From Ramlibacter sp. (GTDB lineage Bacteria > Pseudomonadota > Gammaproteobacteria > Burkholderiales > Burkholderiaceae_C), in the NCBI RefSeq assembly GCF_035554825.1, contig NZ_DATMHS010000103.1:8377-72376 (forward strand): DNA of 64,000 bases, read 5' to 3'. A program made the position numbers and the translations under genes. Of the stretch, positions 27,151 through 38,633 are shown in pieces (the first letter of the stretch is position 1; the number at the start of each line of letters is the position of its first letter). The notes below the pieces were generated by a model that made no database searches, was not told where the DNA came from, and was given only the letters and a program-made list of their open reading frames with translations.

Positions 27151-28010
27151 AGTTCCTTGAGCCGCATGGAGAAGTCGATGGCCTTCACGTCCTTCGTGAT
27201 GGCTCCGATGGAGATCCGGTCCACGCCGGTTTCGGCCAGCGCGCGCACGGTGTCCAGCGTGACGCCGCCGGAGATTTCGAGGATCGCGCGGCGGTCGTTG
27301 ATGAGGACGGCTTCGCGCAGGGTGGGCAGGTCCATGTTGTCCAGCAGGATCATGGTGGCGCCGCCGTCCAGCGCTTCGCGCAGCTGCGCCAGCGTCTCCA
27401 CCTCGATCTCGACGAAGCTGGCCCGCGACGCCACCGCGGACGCCGCCTGCAGCACCTGCCGCACGCCGCCCGCGGCGGCGATGTGGTTTTCCTTGATCAG
27501 CACGGCATCGAACAGCCCGATGCGGTGATTGGTGCCGCCGCCGACCCGCACCGCGTACTTCTGCGCCAGCCGCAGCCCCGGCAGGGTCTTGCGGGTGTCG
27601 ACGATCTTCGCCCGGGTGCCGCGCACTGCCTCGACATACGTCGCCGTCTGGGTCGCCACGGCACTGAGCAGCTGCAGGAAGTTCAGGGCGGTGCGCTCGG
27701 CCGTCAGCAGGGCGCGGGCGCTGCCCTCCACCTCCAGCACCACCTGGTCGGCCAGGGTGCGCTGGCCCTCGGGCACCAGCCAGCGCAGCACCGCCTCGGG
27801 CTCGACCTGGCGCACGGCGGCGTCGACCCAGGGCGCGCCGCAGATCACGGCCTGCTGGCGCGAGAGCACGCGGGCGCGGGCCCGCCGCCCGGCCGGCACC
27901 AGCCCGGCCGTCAGGTCGCCGGCGCCGACGTCCTCGGCCAGGGCGCGGGCGGCGTCCGAGCGCGCCAGGTCGGCCACCGCCGCCGCCGTAAATTCGAAAC
28001 TGTTTGCCAT
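27147..28010 (-). CDS. nadC: Nicotinate-nucleotide diphosphorylase (carboxylating)
   Basis: Internal ATG 28008-28010 (MANSFEF...). Motifs: [42 protein letters not shown]. 4-nt overlap with nadA. Confidence 0.92.
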   Translation of the reverse strand: MANSFEFTAAAVADLARSDAARALAEDVGAGDLTAGLVPAGRRARARVLSRQQAVICGAPWVDAAVRQVEPEAVLRWLVPEGQRTLADQVVLEVEGSARALLTAERTALNFLQLLSAVATQTATYVEAVRGTRAKIVDTRKTLPGLRLAQKYAVRVGGGTNHRIGLFDAVLIKENHIAAAGGVRQVLQAASAVASRASFVEIEVETLAQLREALDGGATMILLDNMDLPTLREAVLINDRRAILEISGGVTLDTVRALAETGVDRISIGAITKDVKAIDFSMRLKEL

Positions 28011-28169
28011 CGGCCAAGCATAGCCGGATGGCGCGACCGTCATGGCCGCGCGGCCTTGTTCGGCGTCAAGCAGCCCCGTCGGGCCGCCGGCGCCGCTTCG
28101 CGTGGCGCCGACGCCCTGCCGTGGCCGTGGCCTACGCGGCCCCGGCGCCAACCCGGCCACAATCGCGCC

Positions 28170-28529
28170 ATGAACACGGCCTACGCTGAACTGGAGCCGG
28201 CACGCGCGGACGTCGACGCGCTGCCCGGGGCGACGCTGCTGGAATTCGGGACGCCCTGGTGCGGCTGGTGCCGCGGCGCGCAACCGCTGATCGCCCAGGC
28301 CCTGGACGGCCGCGACGGGGTGCGGCACCTGAAGGTCGAGGACGGCAGCGGCCGGCCGCTGGGGCGCTCGTTCCGGGTGAAGCTGTGGCCGACGCTGGTC
28401 TTCCTGCGCGATGGCCAGGAACTGGCGCGGCTGGTGCGGCCGCAGGGGGCCGACGAGATCCGGCAGGCGCTCGACCGCATCGCCGCGGCCAGCGCCGACC
28501 CGCCGGGCGGGCCGGCGCCGCGCGGCTGA
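28170..28529 (+). CDS. Thioredoxin-family protein (WCGWC active site)
   Basis: ATG 28170, 119 aa. Has LLEFGTPWCGWCRGAQP and LWPTLVFLRDGQE. Confidence 0.75.
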   Translation: MNTAYAELEPARADVDALPGATLLEFGTPWCGWCRGAQPLIAQALDGRDGVRHLKVEDGSGRPLGRSFRVKLWPTLVFLRDGQELARLVRPQGADEIRQALDRIAAASADPPGGPAPRG

Positions 28530-29947
<1,418 letters not shown>

Positions 29948-29951
<4 letters not shown>

Positions 29952-31579
29952 TGGATGCTCTCCGAGAGATTGCTGGCGCTGTCGACCACCGGCAGGCGGG
30001 CCGGCAGCAGGACCCGGAAGGTGCTGCCCTCGCCCACGGTGCTCTCGACCTCGATCTCGCCGCCGTGCGAACGCACGATGCCGTAGCTCACCGACAGGCC
30101 CAGCCCGGTCCCCTTGCCGACCTCCTTGGACGTGAAGAACGGATCGAAGATGCGTTGCAGGTTCGCCGCCGGGATGCCGCAGCCGGTGTCGGTGATCTCG
30201 ATCTGGACGGCGGGCGACGGCGCGCCGGCGCCGGCGAACCGGCGCGCGGGGAGCAGCCGGCTGCGCGCGGTGATGCGGCCCGGGCCCTCGATCGCCTGCT
30301 GCGCGTTGACCAGGATGTTCATCAGCACCTGCTTGATCAGGTCCGCGTCCACCGACAGCGGCGGCAGCTCGGGGTCGAGGTCCGTCACGATCTCGATTTG
30401 CTGCAGGGCCGCCGAGCGCTCGACGAAGCGCACCGTGTCCTCGATCAGCTGGTTGACGTCGACCAGCGCCTTTTCCGGTGTCTTCTCGCGCGCGAAATCG
30501 AGCAGGCGCCGGATGATGCTGGCGCAGCGCTTGGTCTCGCGGATCACGAGATCCAGGTCCTCGGCGTCGGCGCTGCCCTCGGGCATCTTCTTGCGCAGCA
30601 GCGTGGTGAAGGTGAGCACGCCGGTGAGCGGGTTGTTCAGTTCATGGGCGATGCCCGCGGCCAGCTGCCCGATCGAGGCGAGCTTTTCGCCGCGCGCCAC
30701 TTCGGCTTCGGCCAGCCGCAGCTCCTCGGTGCGCTCCTTGACCTTCTCCTCGAGCTTTTCGACCCACTGCTCCAGGTCTTCGTGCGACTTCTTGACGGCG
30801 CCCATCATGGCGTTGGTGGAGCGGGCGAGGCTGCCGAATTCGTCGTCGCCGCGCACCGGGATCGGGCTGTCGAAGTTGCCCGAGGCGAGGCGCTTGGCGC
30901 CCTTCTCCAGGTCGCGCAGCGGCACGTAGATCATGCGGTGCAGCAGCCAGCCGACCGACAGCGACACCAGCAGGATGAAGCCGATCGACACCGCGATCAT
31001 GTTGATCACGTGGGCGCGCAGCTGCTTGTTGATGGCGTCCATCGAGTAGGTGATGTCCACCACGCCGAGCACCGACTGCACTTGCGGATGGCGGTGGCAC
31101 GAGGCGCTGGAACACGACGGCTCGTTGCGGATCACCTCCATGTTGCCCAGCATCTGGTGCTTGTCGGCGGTCTCGAACAGCCGCCACTTCTTGTGGTTCG
31201 GGATGTCCGACAGCACCCGCTCGCCCTGGTGGCAGTTGGAGCAGTGCTCGGCCTCCTTGTCGATGTTGCTGCCGATCTCCTCGGGCCGGTTCGAGTGCGC
31301 GATGACCCCGTTCTTGCGCAGCACGCGGACCCGCTGGATGCCTTCCTGCTTGCCGATGTCGTGGATGATCTTGTCGACGATGTCGGGCTCGTCCAGCAGC
31401 ATCGCGTAGCGCGTGCTGCGGGCGATCACCTGCGACAGCTGCGTCATGTGGGTCACCAGCGCGCTGAGCTGGTCGTTGCGCGCCTGCTGCACCAGCAACA
31501 GCACGAACAGCACCATCACGGCCACCAGGGCGGCGCTGAGATAGAGGCTGACTTTCGCTTTGAGGCTGGTCGGAAACAT
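29948..31579 (-). CDS. Sensor histidine kinase: TM, periplasmic domain with CxxCH and Cx4CH, TM, HAMP, HisKA, HATPase
   Basis: 543 aa. TM1 is about res 11-30. CSNCH is at res 113-117 (nt 31229-31243) and CSSASCH at res 156-162 (nt 31094-31114). TM2 is about res 190-212. HAMP, then the H-box AAGIAHELNNPL, then the ATPase motifs DTGCGI and GTGLGLS. 4-nt overlap with the downstream regulator. Confidence 0.9.
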
Positions 31580-31700
31580 CCGAGGCGGCGCAGGCGGGGG
31601 GCTGCTGCGCCTCGCGCCAGTGTGCCCTCAACCATGGAAGGGCCTTTTGATGCCAAGCAAGTGGCCCCGCATTCCCGAACCCCGCGCGCCCCCCGGCGCC

Positions 31701-31730
31701 CAAAAGCAAAGCGGGGCCGCAGCCCCGCTT
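31701..31730 (-). terminator. Rho-independent terminator after the S41 protease gene
   Basis: On the minus strand: aagcggggc tgcg gccccgctt followed by TGCTTTTGG. Confidence 0.6.
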
Positions 31731-31765
31731 CGTCGACCGCCGCCGGCGGGTCCGACCCGCCCGGC

Positions 31766-33208
31766 TCAGTTTTCCTTCTTCTCGTCCTTGCGCTCGACGA
31801 TCTGGGTCTTGCTCACCAGGACCGGGCGGCCCTTGAGCTGGTTGAGCGCCTGGACCAGCTGGAAGTCCTTGTCGCTGCCGAATTCCGGCATCTTGCGGTC
31901 GGCCACGGGCTTCTTGGCTTCCTCTTCGGCGCGCTTGCGCGCTTCCTCGCGGGCCTTCTCGCGCGCCGGGTCCCTGGCGGCGTCCTTGCCCTGGCCGGCC
32001 GTGAGATGGTGCTCGAGGTCGGCTTCGCGGGTGCGCAAGGCGGAGAACAGGTTGCCCTCCTCGGTCTCGTCGACCATGACGTCGGGCACGATGCCCTTGG
32101 CCTGGATCGACTTGCCCGTCGGCGTGTAGTAGCGCGCCGTCGTCAGCTTCAGGCCGGTGTCCGGGCCGAGCGGGCGCACCGTCTGCACCGAGCCCTTGCC
32201 GAAGGTCTGGCTGCCCAGCAGGGTCGCCCGCTTGTGGTCCTGCAGGGCGCCGGCGACGATCTCGCTGGCCGAGGCCGAACCCTCGTTGACCAGCACCACC
32301 AGCGGCACCGATTTCAGGGCCGCCGGCAGGCGGCGCAGCGGATCGGAGCCGGCCCGGCGCTGGTAGTACTCCGGCGCCGCCTTGTAGACGAACTTGCTCT
32401 CGGCCAGCTGGCCGTTGGTCGAGACCACGGTGACGTTCTCCGGCAGGAAGGCGGCGGAGATGGCCACGGCGGCGTCCAGCAGGCCGCCCGGGTCGTTGCG
32501 CAGGTCGAGCACCATGCCCTTCAGGTGGGGCTCGGCCTTGTAGATCTCCTCGACCTTGCGCACGAAGTCATCGACCGTGCGCTCCTGGAACTGCGACAGG
32601 CGGATCCAGCCGTAGCCCGGCTCGATGACCTTGCCCTTGACCGACTGGGTCTTGATCTCCTCCCGGGTGATGGTCGCCGGGAAGCTGCGGTTCTCGTCCT
32701 TGCGGAAGATGGTCAGCGTCACCTTGGTGCCGGGCTCGCCGCGCATGCGCTTGACGGCGTCGCTCAGGGACAGGCCCTTGACCACCGTGTCGTCGATCTT
32801 GGTGATCAGGTCGTTCTGCTTGAGGCCGGCGCGGTAGGCGGGCGAACCCTCGATCGGCGAGACCACCTTCACCAGCCCGTCTTCCTGCGAGATCTCGATG
32901 CCGACGCCGACGAAGCGGCCGGAGGTGCCTTCGCGGAATTCCTTGAAGGACTTCTTGTCGAAGTACTGCGAGTGGGGATCGAGGCTGGCGACCATCCCCG
33001 AGATGGCGTCGGTGATCAGCTTCTTCTCGTCGACCGGTTCGACGTAGTCGCTCTTGACCATGCCGAACACGGCGGCCAGCTGCTGCAGCTCCTCCAGCGG
33101 CAACGGCGCCAGCGAGCCACGGGCGACCGTCTGCAACGACACCGTCGTCAGCGCGCCGGCCAGGGCGCCCACGGAAATCCAGCCGGCGATCTTCAGTTTG
33201 TGGCTCAT
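31766..33208 (-). CDS. S41-family carboxy-terminal processing protease
   Basis: Internal ATG 33206-33208 (MSHKLKIAGWISVGALAG...). PDZ domain: GVGIEISQEDGLVKVVSPIEGSPAYRAGL. Catalytic region: LDLRNDPGGLL, GSASASEI, TFGKGSVQ. Confidence 0.9.
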   Translation of the reverse strand: MSHKLKIAGWISVGALAGALTTVSLQTVARGSLAPLPLEELQQLAAVFGMVKSDYVEPVDEKKLITDAISGMVASLDPHSQYFDKKSFKEFREGTSGRFVGVGIEISQEDGLVKVVSPIEGSPAYRAGLKQNDLITKIDDTVVKGLSLSDAVKRMRGEPGTKVTLTIFRKDENRSFPATITREEIKTQSVKGKVIEPGYGWIRLSQFQERTVDDFVRKVEEIYKAEPHLKGMVLDLRNDPGGLLDAAVAISAAFLPENVTVVSTNGQLAESKFVYKAAPEYYQRRAGSDPLRRLPAALKSVPLVVLVNEGSASASEIVAGALQDHKRATLLGSQTFGKGSVQTVRPLGPDTGLKLTTARYYTPTGKSIQAKGIVPDVMVDETEEGNLFSALRTREADLEHHLTAGQGKDAARDPAREKAREEARKRAEEEAKKPVADRKMPEFGSDKDFQLVQALNQLKGRPVLVSKTQIVERKDEKKEN

Positions 33209-33377
33209 AGCGGGGGAGTCCAGTCCTTCAGCGTTCGGAAAATATACACCTGAGAGGATGCTCTGACGCAATGGTTACTTGCGGGTTCCCCTCTTCTCGC
33301 GCGGATGTGCGAAAAGCTTTGTGTTTCCCCGACTTTATCCCGAGGCGGCCGGCCGCGCGCGCCGCCCGGACATGTCC

Positions 33378-34121
33378 TCAGGCCTTGCCCTGGCTGGCCA
33401 CGGCGGCCGCCGCCCTGGCCGCCGCCTCGGCGTCGCCCAGGTAATAGTGGCGCAGCGGGTTCAGGTTGCCATCGAGCTCGTACACCAGCGGAATCCCGTT
33501 CGGGATGTTCAGCCCGACGATGTCCTGGTCCGAGATCCGATCGAGGTATTTCACCAGGGCGCGGATCGAGTTGCCGTGGGCCGCCACCAGCACCCGGCGG
33601 CCGGAGGTGATGGCGGGCGCCATCGACTCGTTCCAGAACGGCAGCACCCGCGCCACCACGTCCTTCAGCGACTCGGTGAGCGGCACCTGCGCCGGCTGCA
33701 GGTCCGCGTAGCGCGGGTCGCCCCGCTCGCAGCGCGGATCCTCCGGCGTCAGGGCCGGCGGCGCGATGTCGTAGCTGCGGCGCCAGATCAGGACCTGCTC
33801 GTCGCCGAACTTGCGGGCCGTCTCCGCCTTGTTCAGGCCCTGCAGCGCACCGTAATGCCGCTCGTTCAGGCGCCAGGAGTGCGCCACCGGCAGCCAGGTC
33901 CGGTCCATCTCGTCCAGGCAGTGCCACAGGGTGCGGGTGGCGCGCTTCAGGACGCTGGTGTAACAGAGGTCGAACTCCCAGCCACCCTCCTTCAGCAGCC
34001 GTCCCGAGGTCTTGGCCTGCTCGATGCCGGTGGGCGTCAGGTCGACGTCGGTCCAGCCGGTGAAGCGGTTTTCCAGGTTCCAGGTCGATTCGCCGTGGCG
34101 GATCAGGACGAGCTTGTACAT
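33378..34121 (-). CDS. gpmA: 2,3-bisphosphoglycerate-dependent phosphoglycerate mutase
   Basis: 247 aa. Motifs: [18 protein letters not shown] and [10 protein letters not shown]. Confidence 0.95.
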   Translation of the reverse strand: MYKLVLIRHGESTWNLENRFTGWTDVDLTPTGIEQAKTSGRLLKEGGWEFDLCYTSVLKRATRTLWHCLDEMDRTWLPVAHSWRLNERHYGALQGLNKAETARKFGDEQVLIWRRSYDIAPPALTPEDPRCERGDPRYADLQPAQVPLTESLKDVVARVLPFWNESMAPAITSGRRVLVAAHGNSIRALVKYLDRISDQDIVGLNIPNGIPLVYELDGNLNPLRHYYLGDAEAAARAAAAVASQGKA

Positions 34122-34204
34122 GGGCAGTGGGCCTCGGGATGCGGTGCAAAACCCGGCATTTTAGAATCGCGGGTTCACCCGAACACCGCACTGCACAAGG
34201 AAAC

Positions 34205-34612
34205 ATGAAATTCATCATCGACAACTGGATGCTCATCTCGGTGGCACTGGTCTCCGGCGCCATGCTGGTGTGGCCGGCCATCCAGGGCTCGGCCGGGGGC
34301 GGACTCACGGCCGCCAACGCCGTCCAGCTCATCAACCGGGAGCGCGCGGTGGTGGTCGACGTCTGCTCGCCCGAGGAATTCGCCGGGGGCCATGTCGGCG
34401 GGGCCAGGAACGTACCGCTGGGCCAGCTGGAACAGCGCCTGCCGGAGGTCGTGAAGAACAAGACGGTGCCCCTGATCCTCGTGTGCGCCAGCGGCGCGCG
34501 CGCCAGCCGCGCCGCTGGCGTCGCCAAGAAACTGGGCTACGAGCAGGCCCAAGTCCTGGCCGGCGGGATGAAAGCCTGGAAAGAAGCTAACCTTCCGGTC
34601 GAGAAAGCCTGA
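34205..34612 (+). CDS. Membrane-anchored rhodanese-domain protein
   Basis: ATG 34205, preceded by AAGGAAA. N-terminal TM segment (MKFIIDNWMLISVALVSGAMLVW). Rhodanese active-site loop LVCASGARASRAA. Confidence 0.8.
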   Translation: MKFIIDNWMLISVALVSGAMLVWPAIQGSAGGGLTAANAVQLINRERAVVVDVCSPEEFAGGHVGGARNVPLGQLEQRLPEVVKNKTVPLILVCASGARASRAAGVAKKLGYEQAQVLAGGMKAWKEANLPVEKA

Positions 34613-34665
34613 GGGCCGGCGCACGACAGGCGTGCGCCCGGCACCCCGCCAGGCACAGGAATCCC

Positions 34666-34932
34666 ATGCAGCCCGTCAAGATGTACACCACGGCCGTTTG
34701 CCCGTTCTGCATTCGCGCCAAGCAGATCCTCAAGGCCCGCGGCGTCGAATCGATCGAAGAGGTCCGGGTCGACGCCAGCCCCGAGGAACGCATGAAGATG
34801 ATGGAGATCACCGGCCGCCGGACGGTGCCGCAGATCTTCATCGGCGACACCCACGTCGGCGGCTGCGACGACCTCATGGCGCTCGACAGCCAGGGCGGCC
34901 TGGTGCCGCTGCTGAACGGCGCTTCCAGCTGA
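34666..34932 (+). CDS. grxC: Glutaredoxin 3
   Basis: 88 aa. Motifs: YTTAVCPFCIRAK (CPFC) and TVPQIFIGDTHVGGCDDL. Confidence 0.92.
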   Translation: MQPVKMYTTAVCPFCIRAKQILKARGVESIEEVRVDASPEERMKMMEITGRRTVPQIFIGDTHVGGCDDLMALDSQGGLVPLLNGASS

Positions 34933-34985
34933 GGCGGCCCGTCGGGCGGGCGGCGGCCCGCGGCCTGAGATAATCGCTCCTTTCA

Positions 34986-35014
34986 GCCCGCCAGGCGGCC
35001 GCCGGCGGGCTTTT
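34986..35014 (+). terminator. Possible hairpin/attenuator between grxC and secB
   Basis: Stem gcccgcc ... ggcgggc followed by TTTT. secB starts only 27 nt later, so read-through is likely. Confidence 0.35.
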
Positions 35015-35040
35015 CGCTCGCATTGACAGGAAACAAAGCC

Positions 35041-35505
35041 ATGGCCGACCAGCAAGCCGATCCCGTGTTCCAGATCCAGCGCGTCTACCTCAAGGAAGCG
35101 TCGCTGGAGCAGCCCAATTCCCCGGCCATCCTGCTGGAGCAGGAGCAGCCGACCGTCGACATCCAGCTCGGCGTGGAAGCCGCGCCGGCCGCCGACGGCG
35201 TCTTCGAGGTGGCGGTGACCGCCACCGTCACGACCAAGATCAAGGACAAGACGGTGTTCCTGGTCGAGGTCAAGCAGGCCGGCATCTTCGAGATCCGCAA
35301 CATCCCGGCCGAGCAGATGAGCGCGATCATGGGCATCGCCTGCCCGCAGATCGTCTACCCCTACCTGCGCAGCAACGTGTCCGACATCGTGACGCGCGCC
35401 GGCTTCCCGCCCGTGCACCTGGCCGAGATCAACTTCCAGGCCATGTACGAGCAGCAGCAGGCCCAGCAGGCCGAGCAGCCGTCCGGCATCATCACCACCG
35501 CCTGA
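35041..35505 (+). CDS. secB: Protein-export chaperone SecB
   Basis: ATG 35041 is preferred over the track's upstream TTG 35023. Product begins [28 protein letters not shown]. Also has [10 protein letters not shown] and [24 protein letters not shown]. Confidence 0.9.
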   Translation: MADQQADPVFQIQRVYLKEASLEQPNSPAILLEQEQPTVDIQLGVEAAPAADGVFEVAVTATVTTKIKDKTVFLVEVKQAGIFEIRNIPAEQMSAIMGIACPQIVYPYLRSNVSDIVTRAGFPPVHLAEINFQAMYEQQQAQQAEQPSGIITTA

Positions 35506-35533
35506 ACGGGCGGCGGCCGGCGCGGGCAGGACC

Positions 35534-36535
35534 ATGAAGATCGTGGTGTTCGGCGCCGGCGCCTGGGGCACGGCCCTGGCCGTGTCGGCCGCCAGCCGGC
35601 ATCAGGTGACGCTCTGGGCGCGCGACGCCGCCCAGGCCGACGCGATCGGGGCGCGGCGCGAGAACCGGCGCTACCTGCCGGGCATCGCGCTGCCGCCGGC
35701 ACTGGCCATCACCTCCGGGGCGCCGTCGGACGTGCCGAGCCTCGCCGTGGCCGCCGATCTGGCGGTCGTCGCCACGCCGATGGCGGGCCTGCGTGAACTG
35801 CTCGCGCTGCTGCGGCAGCACCCGGGCCCCGTTGCCTGGCTGTGCAAGGGCTTCGAGGCGCCGGCCGGCGGCGGCGACGGCCTGCTCGGCCATGAGGTCA
35901 AGGCCCAGGTCGCGCCCGACCTGCGCGCCGGCGTGCTCAGCGGCCCCAGCTTCGCCATCGAGGTGGCGCGCGGCCAGCCGACGGCGCTGGTCGCCGCCAG
36001 CGACGATCCCGGCGTGCGCACCGCGCTGGTGGCGGCGTTCCACAGCCCGCAGCTGCGGGTGTATGCCAACGACGACGTCGCCGGGGTCGAGATCGGCGGT
36101 GCCGTGAAGAACGTGCTGGCGATCGCCACCGGCCTGTGCGACGGGCTCGAGCTGGGCCTGAACGCCCGCGCCGCGCTGATCACCCGCGGCCTGGCCGAAA
36201 TCACCCGGCTCGGGGTCGCGCTCGGCGCCCGCCCGGAAACCTTCATGGGCCTGTCGGGCCTGGGCGACCTGGTGCTCACCGCCACCGGGGACCTGAGCCG
36301 CAACCGCCGCGTCGGCCTGCTGCTGGCCCAGGGCAAGTCCCTGGCCGAAGCGGTGGCCTCGCTGGGCCACGTCGCCGAAGGCGTCTATTGCGCCAGGGCG
36401 GTGGTGCGGCGCGCCGCCCACGCCGGCGTCGACATGCCGATCGCCCGCGCCGTGGTGGCGCTGCTCGATGGCGAGCTGAAGCCCTCGGGCGCGGTCGCGG
36501 CCCTGATGGGACGCGACCCCGTCGCCGAGGGCTGA
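35534..36535 (+). CDS. gpsA: NAD(P)H-dependent glycerol-3-phosphate dehydrogenase
   Basis: 333 aa. Motifs: [43 protein letters not shown]. Confidence 0.93.
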   Translation: MKIVVFGAGAWGTALAVSAASRHQVTLWARDAAQADAIGARRENRRYLPGIALPPALAITSGAPSDVPSLAVAADLAVVATPMAGLRELLALLRQHPGPVAWLCKGFEAPAGGGDGLLGHEVKAQVAPDLRAGVLSGPSFAIEVARGQPTALVAASDDPGVRTALVAAFHSPQLRVYANDDVAGVEIGGAVKNVLAIATGLCDGLELGLNARAALITRGLAEITRLGVALGARPETFMGLSGLGDLVLTATGDLSRNRRVGLLLAQGKSLAEAVASLGHVAEGVYCARAVVRRAAHAGVDMPIARAVVALLDGELKPSGAVAALMGRDPVAEG

Positions 36536-36575
36536 GCCCGCCGGGCGGCGCCTCCCCAGGGCCGCCCCAACTCCG

Positions 36576-37238
36576 TCATGCCTGCGCCGGGTGCTGCGCC
36601 ACCGGCGGCGCCGGCTCGTCTTCGTCGACATCCTCGTAGCCGGTGATCATCGCCTTGATGTGGGCGGTGGGCGTGTGCCCCAGGGTGGCCAGGTAGGGGT
36701 GGATGAACATGTAGAAGACGAAGAAGATGAAGATCAGCACGTGCACGGTGTCGACCACGCGGATGCCGCCGACCAGGTCGATCAGGTGCGAGAAGCGCTT
36801 GACGTCCCACAGCAGCAGCCCGGTGGCGAACTGCAGCGGCAGCAGGAACAGCATCAGGATCTGGTAGAGCGTGCGCTGCAGCGGGTTGAACTTGTGGTAC
36901 GGGTCGATCCGGTGCGGATTGGGCTCGCCGTGGAACATGCCCCAGCCGTAGTACTGCATCTGCGCCAGCGAAGCCTTGGTCAGCTTGATGATGTTGAACT
37001 CCGGGTGGTAGGCCATGTTCCGCGGCGAGAACAGGTAGAACAGCAGCCAGAGCAGGAAGTTGGCGATCAGCGCGAACGCCACCCAGTTGTGCACCACCAC
37101 GGCGGTGCGGAACGACATCAGCTGGAACAGGTCGAGGTACCTGATCTGCACGCCGGTGACGATCAGCACGATGAACAGCAGCGCATTGGCCCAGTGCCAG
37201 ATCCGCACCGGCAGGGGGTTGACGTACAGCTTGCCCAT
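36576..37238 (-). CDS. Four-helix b-type cytochrome (HydC/FdnI/PhsC-like, Ni_hydr_CYTB family)
   Basis: Internal ATG 37236-37238 (MGKLYVNPLPVRIWHWANALLFIVLIVTG...), 220 aa. His residues fall in predicted TM1, TM2 and TM4 (RIWHW, VVVHNW, DTVHVLIFIFFVFYMFIHPY). The start is 2 nt after the stop of the nine-heme cytochrome gene. Confidence 0.85.
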   Translation of the reverse strand: MGKLYVNPLPVRIWHWANALLFIVLIVTGVQIRYLDLFQLMSFRTAVVVHNWVAFALIANFLLWLLFYLFSPRNMAYHPEFNIIKLTKASLAQMQYYGWGMFHGEPNPHRIDPYHKFNPLQRTLYQILMLFLLPLQFATGLLLWDVKRFSHLIDLVGGIRVVDTVHVLIFIFFVFYMFIHPYLATLGHTPTAHIKAMITGYEDVDEDEPAPPVAQHPAQA

Positions 37239-37240
37239 GA

Positions 37241-38593
37241 TCAGCTCCTCTCCTTCGATGGTCCGTCGGCGTCCGCCGGCCGGGCCCGCCGCCGGCGGAA
37301 CATCAGCTGCATCACCAAGTGGGCGCCCGGAATGGCGATGCCGGCGGCCAGGGCCATCAGCAGCAGGACGTCCAGCAGCTTGATGCGCGTGCTGCCGATC
37401 GCGTAGAAGCCGCCGACCGCGCCGATCGACTCGAGCGAGGTCAGCACACCCTGGCTCGCGTCGTGCCGCAGCGGCCGGCCGTCGGCGCCGGCCATGCTCA
37501 CGGTGACGCTCTGGAACGAGGCAGCGCCCTGGCGGTGGCAGGTGTCGCAGTCCTTCAGCGCGAGGCCCTTCGCGGCGAGCCGGTGGGCCTGCACGCCGGT
37601 CTGCACTTCCAGCCGGCCGCGCAGCACGGTCCTGGCGGCCGCGCCTTCCTGGTTGAACTCCTGCAACAGACTCCACAGCGCGCGCGCGTCCAGTCCCGCC
37701 GGCGTGCGACCCGCCTCGTCGGCCAGTTTCACGAACTTGGGCACGCCGACGCTGCCGGCCTGCTGCGGTGCCCCACCCTCGTAGACGCGCAGGTTGACGC
37801 GGCGCGTGGTTCCCGGCGAATGGCAGGCCGGGCAGGAGATCGCCTCGAGGTGGCGCTGCGTGTTGGGCAGCCACTGCGCGTGGCTGGTCGCCACTTCCTT
37901 GTGGCAGGACAGGCAGCCGGTCCTGAGATGGTCGCCGAGCGCCGCCGCCGCCACGTTGTGCGTGCGGTGGCAGTCCTTGCAGACCAGGGCCTCGTCGCCG
38001 CCCTGGCCGTGCACGCTGTCGGCAAAGGCCCGGGTGATCGCGCCGTGGCACGCCTGGCAGGGCGCGGCCTGCGCCTGCCCGGCCCCCCGCTCCTTGGCCG
38101 AACGGGTGGCATGCGGGTCGTGGCAGTCCGTGCACAGCGGCGCCTTCTCGCTGCCGGCCTTCACCAGGGCCGCGTGGACGCTGTCCTCGTACTGCTTCAT
38201 CGTCTTCTTGTGGCAGTCGCGGCAGGTTTCCATCTGCCCGAGCGCGAACGCGCGCCGGCTGGCGACCGGCCTGCTGCCGCCCTTGCCGTGCGTCGCGGCG
38301 TCGAGGTCGGAGTGGCAGCCTTCGCAGCCGTCCGCCGCGTGCACCGACGATGCGAAGGCCCTGGGCGCGATGGCCAGCGACAGCCGCTCGCCGTTGCCCA
38401 GGGTGCGGTCCAGTTCCGGCCTGGCATGGCATGCGAGACAAGCCTTGTCCTGGCTGGAGAGGACGTCCCTGGCCGGGGCGGCCTGCGCCGCCAGGCCGGG
38501 AAGGGACACGACCAGCGCCAGGACCACCGCCACGAAGGCCACGGCCCGGCGCCGGCCGTCGGCCGTGCCGGGGAAGGTGCCGGAGGTTGTCAT
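37241..38593 (-). CDS. Nine-heme c-type cytochrome with N-terminal signal peptide and C-terminal TM anchor
   Basis: Internal ATG 38591-38593 (MTTSGTFPGTADGRRRAVAFVAVVLALVVSLPGLAAQA). Nine CxxCH motifs: CLACH, CEGCH, CRDCH, CTDCH, CQACH, CKDCH, CLSCH, CPACH, CDTCH. C-terminal helix LLDVLLLMALAAGIAIPGAHLV. Confidence 0.9.
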   Translation of the reverse strand: MTTSGTFPGTADGRRRAVAFVAVVLALVVSLPGLAAQAAPARDVLSSQDKACLACHARPELDRTLGNGERLSLAIAPRAFASSVHAADGCEGCHSDLDAATHGKGGSRPVASRRAFALGQMETCRDCHKKTMKQYEDSVHAALVKAGSEKAPLCTDCHDPHATRSAKERGAGQAQAAPCQACHGAITRAFADSVHGQGGDEALVCKDCHRTHNVAAAALGDHLRTGCLSCHKEVATSHAQWLPNTQRHLEAISCPACHSPGTTRRVNLRVYEGGAPQQAGSVGVPKFVKLADEAGRTPAGLDARALWSLLQEFNQEGAAARTVLRGRLEVQTGVQAHRLAAKGLALKDCDTCHRQGAASFQSVTVSMAGADGRPLRHDASQGVLTSLESIGAVGGFYAIGSTRIKLLDVLLLMALAAGIAIPGAHLVMQLMFRRRRARPADADGPSKERS

Positions 38594-38633
38594 GCCGTCC
38601 TCGCTCGAGCGTTCGGGCCCGGCACCTGCTCCG

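Noticed and set aside
31711-31728. The identical 18-nt hairpin gcggggctgcggccccgc occurs downstream of the S41 protease gene, and again at 50269-50286 downstream of the BON lipoprotein gene, in the same orientation relative to the gene.
   Set aside because: It is short and purely GC. Both copies sit where terminator stems are expected. With only two copies I cannot distinguish a repeat family from convergent terminator sequence.
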